NCBI GenBank assembly: GCA_043228905.1
Contig: JBHGNT010000012.1
Location: forward strand, 6,758,001-6,822,000
Length of the DNA: 64,000 nucleotides
Direction: 5' to 3'
From: Azolla caroliniana
Lineage: Eukaryota; Plantae; Polypodiophyta
Part shown: positions 11,901 through 23,945 of the stretch, piece by piece
How positions within the stretch are numbered: position 1 is the stretch's first letter
Layout of the letters: each line of letters opens with the position of its first letter
The notes under the pieces: generated by a model
What the model saw: only the letters and a program-made list of their open reading frames with translations
What the model was told of the DNA's origin: nothing
The model's database searches: none
Program-made: the position numbers and the translations under genes

Positions 11901-14125
11901 GAGCAGTCCCGACCGGCAAGGGACCGGTTAGCACTCGAGGATCCGGCCGAAGACGGTGAAGAAACAGAACCGGCCGAGGAAGATGAAACTGATACTGGAA
12001 CCGGCCCCGATCCCGAAATGGATTCGGATGAAGAGGAAACGGAGGAGACGGTTACCGAAGCTCCGGAACGGAGATATCCTCTAAGAGAGAGAAGGGCCCC
12101 CCGGAGATTTCCGGAACCAGAGCACGTGCTGTTAACCGACGAGGGGGAGCCGGAGAGTTTTGAAGAAGCAAAGCTTGACACCCATAGCCGCAGGTGGTTA
12201 AGTGCCATGCAGGAGGAGATGGATTCCCTGCATGAGAACCACACATATGAACTTGTGGAGTTGCCGAAAGGAAAGCGGGCACTTCGAAACAAGTGGGTGT
12301 TCAAGCTGAAACCGGGAGATGCCGAAAACCCCCCGAGATACAAAGCCAAGATCGTGGTGAAGGGGTTTCAGCAGAAGAAGGGCGTCGACTTCGACGAGAT
12401 ATTTGCCCCGGTAGTGAAGATGACCTCCATCCGGACGGTGCTGAGCATAGCGGCAAGCATGGACCTCGAGGTAGAACAGATGGACGTGAAGACGGCATTC
12501 CTTCACGGTGACCTCGAAGAAGAGATCTACATGCAGCAACCGGAAGGATTCGAGAAGAAAGGGAAGGAGCACCTGGTATGCCGGTTGAAGAAGAGCCTTT
12601 ACGGACTGAAGCAGGCTCCCCGGCAGTGGTACCGGAAGTTCGACTCCTTCATGACCGACGAAGGGTACCACAAAACGCAGTCCGATCACTGCGTGTTTGT
12701 GAAGAAGTTCGAAGGAGGAGACTTTCTAATACTCCTCCTGTACGTGGACGACATGTTGATCGTTGGACGGGACCAGGTCAAGATACGGATGCTGAAGAAA
12801 GCGCTTCACCGAACTTTCTCAATGAAGGACCTGGGTCCAGCGAGGCAAATACTAGGGATGCACATCATCCGGGACCGGAAGAAGAAGCAGTTGTGGCTGT
12901 CACAGGAGAAGTACGTGACAAAGGTGCTTCACCGGTTCAACATGTCGGAAGCAAGACCGGTCGGGTCGACCCTCCCGGCAAACTGCAAGTTATCCGGCAA
13001 GCAAAGTCCCAAGACAAAAGTTGAAAAGGAGGATATGATGAAGATACCATATGCCTCTGTCGTCGGGAGCTTGATGTACGCTATGGTGTGTACCCGACCG
13101 GACATTGGATACGCAGTCGGAGTGGTGAGCCGGTATATGAGTAATCCCGGCAAGGAGCACTGGAACGCGGTCAAATGGATACTCCGATACTTAAAGGGCA
13201 CTTCGAACATGTGCCTCCGATTCGGCTTCGGTAAGCCCGAACTCGATGGATTTACCGATTCGGACATGTCGGCTGATGCGGATACCAGCCGGTCTACATC
13301 TGGGTATGTAATGACAGTCGAGGTTGCAGAAGACGTTTCATCTGGGTATGTAATGACAGTCGAGGTTGCAGGGGGAGCCGTTTCATGGCAGTCGAGGTTG
13401 CAGAAGACGGTTGCGTTGTCAACCACGGAGGCGGAGTACATGGCGGCTGTTGAAGCCGGCAAGGAAATAATATGGATGAAGGACTTCATTAGAGAGCTCG
13501 GTATCCGGCAGGAGGAGTACCGGCTCTACTGCGATAGTCAGAGTGCCATCCACCTTGCGAAGAACGCGGCCTACCATTCCCGGACGAAACACATCCAGCG
13601 TAGATACCACTGGATCCGGGAAAGGATAGAAGACAAGGAGTTCGTGCTGACGAAGATCCACACAGACGAGAACGGATCGGATATGCTGACCAAGGTACTC
13701 ACACCCGACAAGCTGGAAGCATGCCGGAAGAGGATCGGATTGGAGAGACATCCCATGCCGAAGTGAAGGGGGAGTTTGTTGGGATTTGGGTCCCTCCGGA
13801 TGGGATGTCCGGAGATGAATGTCGGCAAGCCCGGTTGCGGTTACGAAACCAGAGGATGAAGAGTACCCGGCATGAAGCCGGATGAAGAGTACCCGGCTAC
13901 GGATCTGGATGATGAAGACCCCGGCTACGGAGCCGGATGACGAATGTACCCGGAGAGAGATCCGGATGCGGGGACATATTTGTGAATATGTTTGCCAAGG
14001 GCCCTTGAGGCTATATTTGTAAATAGCCCGAAAGTCATATGTGTATAAATATGACTTAGGGCAAACAGTTTTGTTGTTGTTACTCATTTTTCTGGTTTTC
14101 CACTTAGAGGGAGCTAAGTGAGCAG

Positions 14126-14159
<34 letters not shown>

Positions 14160-14427
14160 GAGACGAAGAGGTCGTTGCCTCTGTGTATTACCGCCGCCTG
14201 TGGCGAAGACAGTGAGCTCAAGGTTGTTGCCTTGTAGCTTCACCATTGTACATCTCTGTTTATAGTGATAGTTGGAGTTTGAGGACTCCCGTGGTTTTTC
14301 CCATTTAGGGTTTTCCACGTAAAACATCCGGTGTACTCTCCTCTCTATTGTCTTCGTGCATTTTGTATTTCCTGTTTTCTGTGAGTTAATCCTATTCCTC
14401 GGTTGTGGCCGAGCACTGTGTTCAACA
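8999..14427 (+). mobile_element. Near-intact Ty1/copia element, Tnt1/Tto1 (Tork)-like: LTRs 8999-9613 and 13777-14427, PBS(Met) 9617-9628, PPT ~13761-13774, TSD GTTAA
   Basis: TG...CA LTRs that differ by a 26-bp repeat indel, (GA)n length and about two substitutions. GTTAA at 8994-8998 and 14428-14432. Confidence 0.97.
9645..13766 (+). CDS. Copia gag-pol polyprotein, single frame with one premature TAG at 11607-11609
   Basis: CCHC knuckle CFYCGKPGHFQKNC, protease VVDSGAS, integrase WHKRLCH..CTDC / DNGGEY / NGLAERMNR, RT LYVDDML, RNase H FTDSD...TEAEY. ORFs 9591-11609 and 11613-13766 are in the same frame. Confidence 0.93.
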
Positions 14428-16210
14428 GTTAAGCATGTGCCTAAAGATGGAAATGTAGGCAAATAGGGACACGTGATCTATGAGACTAACCCACGCCTTT
14501 TACGACTATGCTTTTGGAATTGCAATGGATACCCATGGAATGCGGGATTTGGCATAGAGGAGTTCACCAATGACTTGGATATCACACTTCTTGTTGAAAC
14601 ATGGGAGCATGATACTCAAAGGATTCAAGGTTTAGGAAACTATAATGTACACTCTTTGATATGGAAGAAAAATCCAAGACAAAGAAGAGGACAAGGAGGG
14701 GTGGCAAGTTTGATTAAGAAGGAAATAGAGAAATATGTGTCAATCATAAAAAATGATGAAAATAAATGCTACATATGGCTCAAAATAGAAACACCTAATG
14801 ATTTGCCCACTTTTGTAGTTGGATGTTACATTCCTCATCAAGATTCTAACTTTTATTCTTGTTTGGATGAAGATCAACTGTTTGCCAATCTAGAAAATGA
14901 TATTGCTTCTTTCAAATCCAAAGGGGAAGTTATTGTCTTTGGTGACATGAATGCTTGTACAAGAAGTTTCCAACTTGATTCACAAGAATCTTTCATGCCA
15001 CATATCTCAAGGATGCAAGAGGATATGCAAATGTATAACCGCTCTTCTAGCGATGAAAAAGATCCGGACCAATTTGGGAAGTTACTCCTACAAATGTGCA
15101 ATAGTACCGGATTGCTTATTGCAAATGGTATTTCCTTATGGCCCAACACTCATGGTTTTACATGTAGAAAACACAACGGCAATTGTGTGATTGATTATGT
15201 GCTACTTTCCGAAGGTATTTTGGATCGTATACATAAATCCTCACTTGGTGAATGGACACTGGAATCCGATCATAGGCCTTTATGTATTCATCTCAAATGT
15301 ATGCATAGGTTTGATTGTGAGAAGGCTATTGAAGATAATAAACAACCGCACTTGAGCATGAACCTTAAGCGAGCACCCATGTATTCCAAGATGGTTGAGG
15401 ATATGTTACAAATGACAAAGATACAACATGGTGCCACACTAGAATGCAAATGGGAAGCTTTCAAGAAAGTCATTCTCTCATGTACAAACAAATGTTTTTC
15501 GACCAATCGCACATCTTGGAAGTGCACCAAGAAACTTAGGAAAAAATGGTTTGATAAAGAATGTCGTGAAGCTCGAAAGTGCCTTATGGTTTTGGATGTA
15601 GTTAAGGATAAAGAGAATTACCAAAAGCATTTGCATGAGTATAAAAGACTTATTCAAAGAAAGAGAAGAATATGGGAAGTTACTCAACAATTTATCCAAA
15701 TGCAAGAGAAAGCACATGCATGTGCTAAATTTTGGGGAAATCTAAAGGGAAAACGTGTTGAGAGTTATGGTGACTTAACTCTTCACGACTTGTCTATGCA
15801 TTTTAAGAATTTATATGAGTTATCTCTTGCCGGAAAGATGATGTGTTATGGTTCTCTTTCACATATACCTCCCTTCTTTACAATTGAAGATATATGCATA
15901 GGACTTAAGAAATTGGCCTCTCGAAAGGCAAGCGATCTTCAATGTATAAAGGCTGAAATGCTCAAATGGACGGGAAAGGAAGCACATATATGGATAAGCG
16001 ATATGTTTAATGATGCATTGCAACATGGTATACCGTATGATTGGACTACAAATTGGATCAAACCTTTACATAAAGGTGGAGATATAAATAATGTAAACAA
16101 TTATCGAACCATCATGGTTGGCTCATTAATGGCAAAACTATTTGGATGTATAATGGAATCAAAGATAAGTGTATGGGCTGAAAAAAGTGGTAAGAGAGCT
16201 TATGGACAAG

Positions 16211-16707
16211 TGTTACCCCATACAAGATGTACGGAGAGTCAGTGTGATGAGCGAGGGTCGAATGTTATCATGATGTTGTTGTGTATGTGTAGGGGACATA
16301 AATGTAATTGTGAGTCTATACGTATGTGAACACATGCACACGTGTGTGCATGTGGATGGATATGAGGAGGTGTGAGTGAGTGTCCAGTATGAATGCTCGA
16401 GGGGGCTTACACCCCTATGTATCTACCCCCTCTTGTACTATTTAACCCCTTATGGGGAATGAATGAAACATAAATGAAGGAATCATTTCTCTCTATCTAT
16501 CTCTCTTTTCATCTCTCTCTCTCTCTCTTCCCTCCCCTTAACGTTGAACCCCCCACCCCGCAATGCTTCTTAATGCTTGTCTTCTTCTCTATATGATCTC
16601 TCTCACCATCATACTCTTCATCATCTTTGTTATTTCACCATGTCTATCTTCGTCATCGTTAACCATCATCATCCTTAACCCTAACCCTAACTCTAAAACG
16701 TATAACA
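16211..16707 (+). repeat. Putative complete LTR (497 bp) at the left end of the inverted-end element, followed by a PBS-like TGGCGACCAC (16713-16722)
   Basis: TGTTA...TAACA, TATTTAA box at ~16439, CT-rich R/U5-like tract, and a TGGCGAC start typical of tRNA-Arg PBS in Tat-type gypsy elements. Confidence 0.65.
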
Positions 16708-16723
16708 CCTTTTGGCGACCACT

Positions 16724-19700
16724 AAGGCGACCCCCCTTTGGAGATGGAGTCAAAGAATGATACGCGGATGTGCAAGCCATAGCGACTAAGTGCAGGAAAT
16801 GGTGAAACGCAAAAATGACGGTGAATATGTTGGAGGAAGTCTATGGAGGAATGCATGAATGGCAACAATGTTTGTGCGAGGTTACGATTAGTGTCCATTT
16901 GCGTGTTTCCGAAAGCGGTTAGTGACAATGTGCGTGTTCTCAAAAGCGTGGTGCAAGATGCACGGCTGGACAAACAGCAACGCAAAGGGAACCGGTGCCA
17001 GCACGACCGGAAAGAGAAGCCCACCAGGAGACTGCGGAGAAAGTCGCAGTGTGTGGAGCGGAGACCGGCAGGATGTGCTGAGAATGCACGGGCAATGGTT
17101 CCAGAAGAAACAACGCGGAGAGAGTCGGAACCGGAATCGGAACAAGAACCAGAGTTGGTTAACACCGAAGGACCATAAAAGATAGAGAAGAGATGCAAAC
17201 GCAAACCAGACATCGACGACCAGAGAAACCAACAGCACCGGAAAGTCACGGTCGGAGACACCTAACAAAGAAGAAGACCACCGGACAAACAAAGACATGG
17301 ATGTCGACTGCGATAGAGATATCACACAAAGACCATGGGCAATGCAGAATGGCGGAACCAGAGACAAAGTCCCGGAAGGCCACAGCCAGCCAGACAAACA
17401 CAGCCAGAAAAACAAAGGACCGGACCAGATTAGACAAACGGTCAGACGAAATGGGCAGTCGACAGACAACGACAGAGGCGACTGGCAAACCCAAACGGAG
17501 GCAAAGACACCGACACGACATAGCCAGAAACGGAGAAGTCAGACGAGACGACGTGATGCAAAAAAAAAAAAAAAAAAAAAAACCACAGACGGCGGCCAAA
17601 GAAAAACACATAAACACGATGATGGAATGGTCCAGATAGAAGAAACGGAAAAAAAAAACGGAATGAACCGGACGGATACAACCGGAAAGACATGGTTGTT
17701 CGTGCCAAACAACAACGAAGATGGAGACGACCGGACAGCAGTTCGAGCGGTCGGATAGGCCGGAGAGTGACCGGACAGGAGCAACCAGAGCGGCCGAAGT
17801 GGCCGGAGAGCGGCCAAAAGGGCCGGAAACCGATCGAAATATCCGGACAGTGGCTGGAGCAGCCGAAGCGGCCGGAGGGCTGGACAAGGCCGGAGAAACG
17901 GACACAAAGTCGGGATGACATCCAAACAGTGGTGTGGCTGGAGAGTGATAGGAACGACGGCCAAACAGCGACAGAAGCGGCCGTAATAGCCGGACGACGC
18001 CGGAAATCCCGCCAGAGTAGATGGCCGAGTGTAGACTGGTCGGATAGGGCCGACTACGACGACATCCAGATGGCGGCGATGCAGGACACTGACAATCGGA
18101 TGACGGCCGACCTAGGCAAAAACAATGATGGTGACGGCTAGACGGGCCGATAGAGACAACGACAACGACGGAGTGGCCAGACAGAAGCAGGAGCGGCCAG
18201 AGTGACCAGAGCAGCGGTGATTCGATAGCCGACGAAGGAATGGCAAGAATAGCCATACAATGGTCAGAGCGGCCTGACAATTGGACAAACGAACAAAAAC
18301 GGCCGGAAAGACGAAGGGACGAGCGAACATGCCAAACGGACACACGGCCAGACGGAGACGGAAACCACGACAGTGATGGATAGTGATGGAGACAGGGACG
18401 AAGCAGCCGAACAACGGCAGTTAGAGCAGTGTCCTGATAGCGGTCGAACAGTGGCGGCCAAAAACGAACATACAATCGACAATGATGAAAGAGAAGAAGA
18501 AGATGAAGAAGAGAAGAAGGAATAGGAAGGGAAGGAAAAGAAGAAGCACAAGAGGCAGCAGAATAACCAAGAAAGAAGAGGAAACAGAGAAGCAAGAAAG
18601 AGAAAGGCATAGAAGAAAGAAGAAGAACATAAATGAACAAGAAGAAGAAAAACGCAAACCAAAGCAACACGAAAGAAGGAAACAGAGAGGAGGAGCAAAG
18701 CAAGATTCGGGCACTAGAGATAGAGGCATGGACAGAGAGAGAATCAAGCGGGAGAATCAGAGGGAGAGAAGAAGCAGAAGGAGACATAGACAGACATGAG
18801 GAAGAGAAATGAGAAGAAGACAAAGGCGACCCCCCTTTGGAGATGGAGTCAAAGAATGATACGCGGATGTGCAAGCCATAGCGACTAAGTGCAGGAAATG
18901 GTGAAACGCAAAAATGACGGTGAATATGTTGGAGGAAGTCTATGGAGGAATGCATGAATGGCAACAATGTTTGTGCGAGGTTACGATTAGTGTCCATTTG
19001 CGTGTTTCCGAAAGCGGTTAGTGACAATGTGCGTGTTCTCAAAAGCGTGGTGCAAGATGCACGGCTGGACAAACAGCAACGCAAAGGGAACCGGTGCCAG
19101 CACGACCGGAAAGAGAAGCCCACCAGGAGACTGCGGAGAAAGTCGCAGTGTGTGGAGCGGAGACCGGCAGGATGTGCTGAGAATGCACGGGCAATGGTTC
19201 CAGAAGAAACAACGCGGAGAGAGTCGGAACCGGAATCGGAACAAGAACCAGAGTTGGTTAACACCGAAGGACCATAAAAGATAGAGAAGAGATGCAAACG
19301 CAAACCAGACATCGACGACCAGAGAAACCAACAGCACCGGAAAGTCACGGTCGGAGACACCTAACAAAGAAGAAGACCACCGGACAAACAAAGACATGGA
19401 TGTCGACTGCGATAGAGATATCACACAAAGACCATGGGCAATGCAGAATGGCGGAACCAGAGACAAAGTCCCGGAAGGCCACAGCCAGCCAGACAAACAC
19501 AGCCAGAAAAACAAAGGACCGGACCAGATTAGACAAACGGTCAGACGAAATGGGCAGTCGACAGACAACGACAGAGGCGACTGGCAAACCCAAACGGAGG
19601 CAAAGACACCGACACGACATAGCCAGAAACGGAGAAGTCAGACGAGACGACGTGATGCAAAAAAAAAAAAAAAAAAAAAAAAACCACAGACGGCGGCCAA

Positions 19701-22700
19701 AGAAAAACACATAAACACGATGATGGAATGGTCCAGATAGAAGAAACGGAAAAAAAAAACGGAATGAACCGGACGGATACAACCGGAAAGACATGGTTGT
19801 TCGTGCCAAACAACAACGAAGATGGAGACGACCGGACAGCAGTTCGAGCGGTCGGATAGGCCGGAGAGTGACCGGACAGGAGCAACCAGAGCGGCCGAAG
19901 TGGCCGGAGAGCGGCCAAAAGGGCCGGAAACCGATCGAAATATCCAGACAGTGGCTGGAGCAGCCGAAGCGGCCGGAGGGCTGGACAAGGCCGGAGAAAC
20001 GGACACAAAGTCGGGATGACATCCAGACAGTGGTGTGGCTGGAGAGTGATAGGAACGACGGCCAAACAGCGACAGAAGCGGCCGTAATAGCCGGACGACG
20101 CCGGAAATCCCGCCAGAGTAGATGGCCGAGTGCAGACTGGTCGGATAGGGCCGACTACGACGACATCCAGATGGCGGCGATGCAGGACACTGACAATCGG
20201 ATGACGGCCGACCTAGGCAAAAACAATGATGGTGACGGCTAGACGGGCCGATAGAGACAACGACAACGACGGAGTGGCCAGACAGAAGCAGGAGCGGCCA
20301 GAGTGACCAGAGCAGCGGTGATTCGATAGCCGACGAAGGAATGGCAAGAATAGCCATACAATGGTCAGAGCGGCCTGACAATTGGACAAACGAACAAAAA
20401 CGGCCGGAAAGACGAAGGGACGAGCGAACATGCCAAACGGACACACGGCCAGACGGAGACGGAAACCACGACAGTGATGGATAGTGATGGAGACAGGGAC
20501 GAAGCAGCCGAACAACGGCAGTTAGAGCAGTGTCCTGATAGCGGTCGAACAGTGGCGGCCAAAAACGAACATACAATCGACAATGATGAAAGAGAAGAAG
20601 AAGATGAAGAAGAGAAGAAGGAATAGGAAGGGAAGGAAAAGAAGAAGCACAAGAGGCAGCAGAATAACCAAGAAAGAAGAGGAAACAGAGAAGCAAGAAA
20701 GAGAAAGGCATAGAAGAAAGAAGAAGAACATAAATGAACAAGAAGAAGAAAAACGCAAACCAAAGCAACACGAAAGAAGGAAACAGAGAGGAGGAGCAAA
20801 GCAAGATTCGGGCACTAGAGATAGAGGCATGGACAGAGAGAGAATCAAGCGGGAGAATCAGAGGGAGAGAAGAAGCAGAAGGAGACATAGACAGACATGA
20901 GGAAGAGAAATGAGAAGAAGACAAAGGCGACCCCCCTTTGGAGATGGAGTCAAAGAATGATACGCGGATGTGCAAGCCATAGCGACTAAGTGCAGGAAAT
21001 GGTGAAACGCAAAAATGACGGTGAATATGTTGGAGGAAGTCTATGGAGGAATGCATGAATGGCAACAATGTTTGTGCAAGGTTACGATTAGTGTCCATTT
21101 GCGTGTTTCCGAAAGCGGTTAGTGACAATGTGCGTGTTCTCAAAAGCGTGGTGCAAGATGCACGGCTGGACAAACAGCAACGCAAAGGGAACCGGTGCCA
21201 GCACGACCGGAAAGAGAAGCCCACCAGGAGACTGCGGAGAAAGTCGCAGTGTGTGGAGCGGAGACCGGCAGGATGTGCTGAGAATGCACGGGCAATGGTT
21301 CCAGAAGAAACAACGCGGAGAGAGTCGGAACCGGAATCGGAACAAGAACCAGAGTTGGTTAACACCGAAGGACCATAAAAGATAGAGAAGAGATGCAAAC
21401 GCAAACCAGACATCGACGACCAGAGAAACCAACAGCACCGGAAAGTCACGGTCGGAGACACCTAACAAAGAAGAAGACCACCGGACAAACAAAGACATGG
21501 ATGTCGACTGCGATAGAGATATCACACAAAGACCATGGGCAATGCAGAATGGCGGAACCAGAGACAAAGTCCCGGAAGGCCACAGCCAGCCAGACAAACA
21601 CAGCCAGAAAAACAAAGGACCGGACCAGATTAGACAAACGGTCAGACGAAATGGGCAGTCGACAGACAACGACAGAGGCGACTGGCAAACCCAAACGGAG
21701 GCAAAGACACCGACACGACATAGCCAGAAACGGAGAAGTCAGACGAGACGACGTGATGCAAAAAAAAAAAAAAAAAAAAAAAAACCACAGACGGCGGCCA
21801 AAGAAAAACACATAAACACGATGATGGAATGGTCCAGATAGAAGAAACGGAAAAAAAAAACGGAATGAACCGGACGGATACAACCGGAAAGACATGGTTG
21901 TTCGTGCCAAACAACAACGAAGATGGAGACGACCGGACAGCAGTTCGAGCGGTCGGATAGGCCGGAGAGTGACCGGACAGGAGCAACCAGAGCGGCCGAA
22001 GTGGCCGGAGAGCGGCCAAAAGGGCCGGAAACCGATCGAAATATCCGGACAGTGGCTGGAGCAGCCGAAGCGGCCGGAGGGCTGGACAAGGCCGGAGAAA
22101 CGGACACAAAGTCGGGATGACATCCAGACAGTGGTGTGGCTGGAGAGTGATAGGAACGACGGCCAAACAGCGACAGAAGCGGCCGTAATAGCCGGACGAC
22201 GCCGGAAATCCCGCCAGAGTAGATGGCCGAGTGCAGACTGGTCGGATAGGGCCGACTACGACGACATCCAGATGGCGGCGATGCAGGACACTGACAATCG
22301 GATGACAGCCGACCTAGGCAAAAACAATGATGGTGACGGCTAGACGGGCCGATAGAGACAACGACAACGACGGAGTGGCCAGACAGAAGCAGGAGCGGCC
22401 AGAGTGACCAGAGCAGCGGTGATTCGATAGCCGACGAAGGAATGGCAAGAATAGCCATACAATGGTCAGAGCGGCCTGACAATTGGACAAACGAACAAAA
22501 ACGGCCGGAAAGACGAAGGGACGAGCGAACATGCCAAACGGACACACGGCCAGACGGAGACGGAAACCACGACAGTGATGGATAGTGATGGAGACAGGGA
22601 CGAAGCAGCCGAACAACGGCAGTTAGAGCAGTGTCCTGATAGCGGTCGAACAGTGGCGGCCAAAAACGAACATACAATCGACAATGATGAAAGAGAAGAA

Positions 22701-23945
22701 GAAGATGAAGAAGAGAAGAAGGAATAGGAAGGGAAGGAAAAGAAGAAGCACAAGAGGCAGCAGAATAACCAAGAAAGAAGAGGAAACAGAGAAGCAAGAA
22801 AGAGAAAGGCATAGAAGAAAGAAGAAGAACATAAATGAACAAGAAGAAGAAAAACGCAAACCAAAGCAACACGAAAGAAGGAAACAGAGAGGAGGAGCAA
22901 AGCAAGATTCGGGCACTAGAGATAGAGGCATGGACAGAGAGAGAATCAAGCGGGAGAATCAGAGGGAGAGAAGAAGCAGAAGGAGACATAGACAGACATG
23001 AGGAAGAGAAATGAGAAGAAGACAAAGGCGACCCCCCTTTGGAGATGGAGTCAAAGAATGATACGCGGATGTGCAAGCCATAGCGACTAAGTGCAGGAAA
23101 TGGTGAAACGCAAAAATGACGGTGAATATGTTGGAGGAAGTCTATGGAGGAATGCATGAATGGCAACAATGTTTGTGCAAGGTTACGATTAGTGTCCATT
23201 TGCGTGTTTCCGAAAGCGGTTAGTGACAATGTGCGTGTTCTCAAAAGCGTGGTGCAAGATGCACGGCTGGACAAACAGCAACGCAAAGGGAACCGGTGCC
23301 AGCACGACCGGAAAGAGAAGCCCACCAGGAGACTGCGGAGAAAGTCGCAGTGTGTGGAGCGGAGACCGGCAGGATGTGCTGAGAATGCACGGGCAATGGT
23401 TCCAGAAGAAACAACGCGGAGAGAGTCGGAACCGGAATCGGAACAAGAACCAGAGTTGGTTAACACCGAAGGACCATAAAAGATAGAGAAGAGATGCAAA
23501 CGCAAACCAGACATCGACGACCAGAGAAACCAACAGCACCGGAAAGTCACGGTCGGAGACACCTAACAAAGAAGAAGACCACCGGACAAACAAAGACATG
23601 GATGTCGACTGCGATAGAGATATCACACAAAGACCATGGGCAATGCAGAATGGCGGAACCAGAGACAAAGTCCCGGAAGGCCACAGCCAGCCAGACAAAC
23701 ACAGCCAGAAAAACAAAGGACCGGACCAGATTAGACAAACGGTCAGACGAAATGGGCAGTCGACAGACAACGACAGAGGCGACTGGCAAACCCAAACGGA
23801 GGCAAAGACACCGACACGACATAGCCAGAAACGGAGAAGTCAGACGAGACGACGTGATGCAAAAAAAAAAAAAAAAAAAAAAAACCACAGACGGCGGCCA
23901 AAGAAAAACACATAAACACGATGATGGAATGGTCCAGATAGAAGA
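16724..23945 (+). repeat. Tandem array of ~2.1-kb units starting at 16724, 18823, 20924 and 23025 (last one partial; ~3.4 copies)
   Basis: Periods 2099, 2101 and 2101 bp. Units differ only by poly-A length and a few SNPs. The + strand is strongly A/G-rich. Confidence 0.97.

Noticed and set aside
13419-14462. 347-aa antisense ORF over the copia 3' LTR and RNase H
   Set aside because: Shadow ORF running through a (CT)n tract; not conserved as one frame in the 5' LTR.
16673-16696. CCCTAA telomere-like repeats
   Set aside because: Only about three degenerate units, which is common in plant leaders and LTRs.
17246-23562. Long minus-strand ORFs (704, 607 and 607 aa) in the tandem array
   Set aside because: Low-complexity S/L/F/P/C sequence with no domain. 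Stop scarcity follows from the T-poor + strand, and the frame changes with poly-A length between units.
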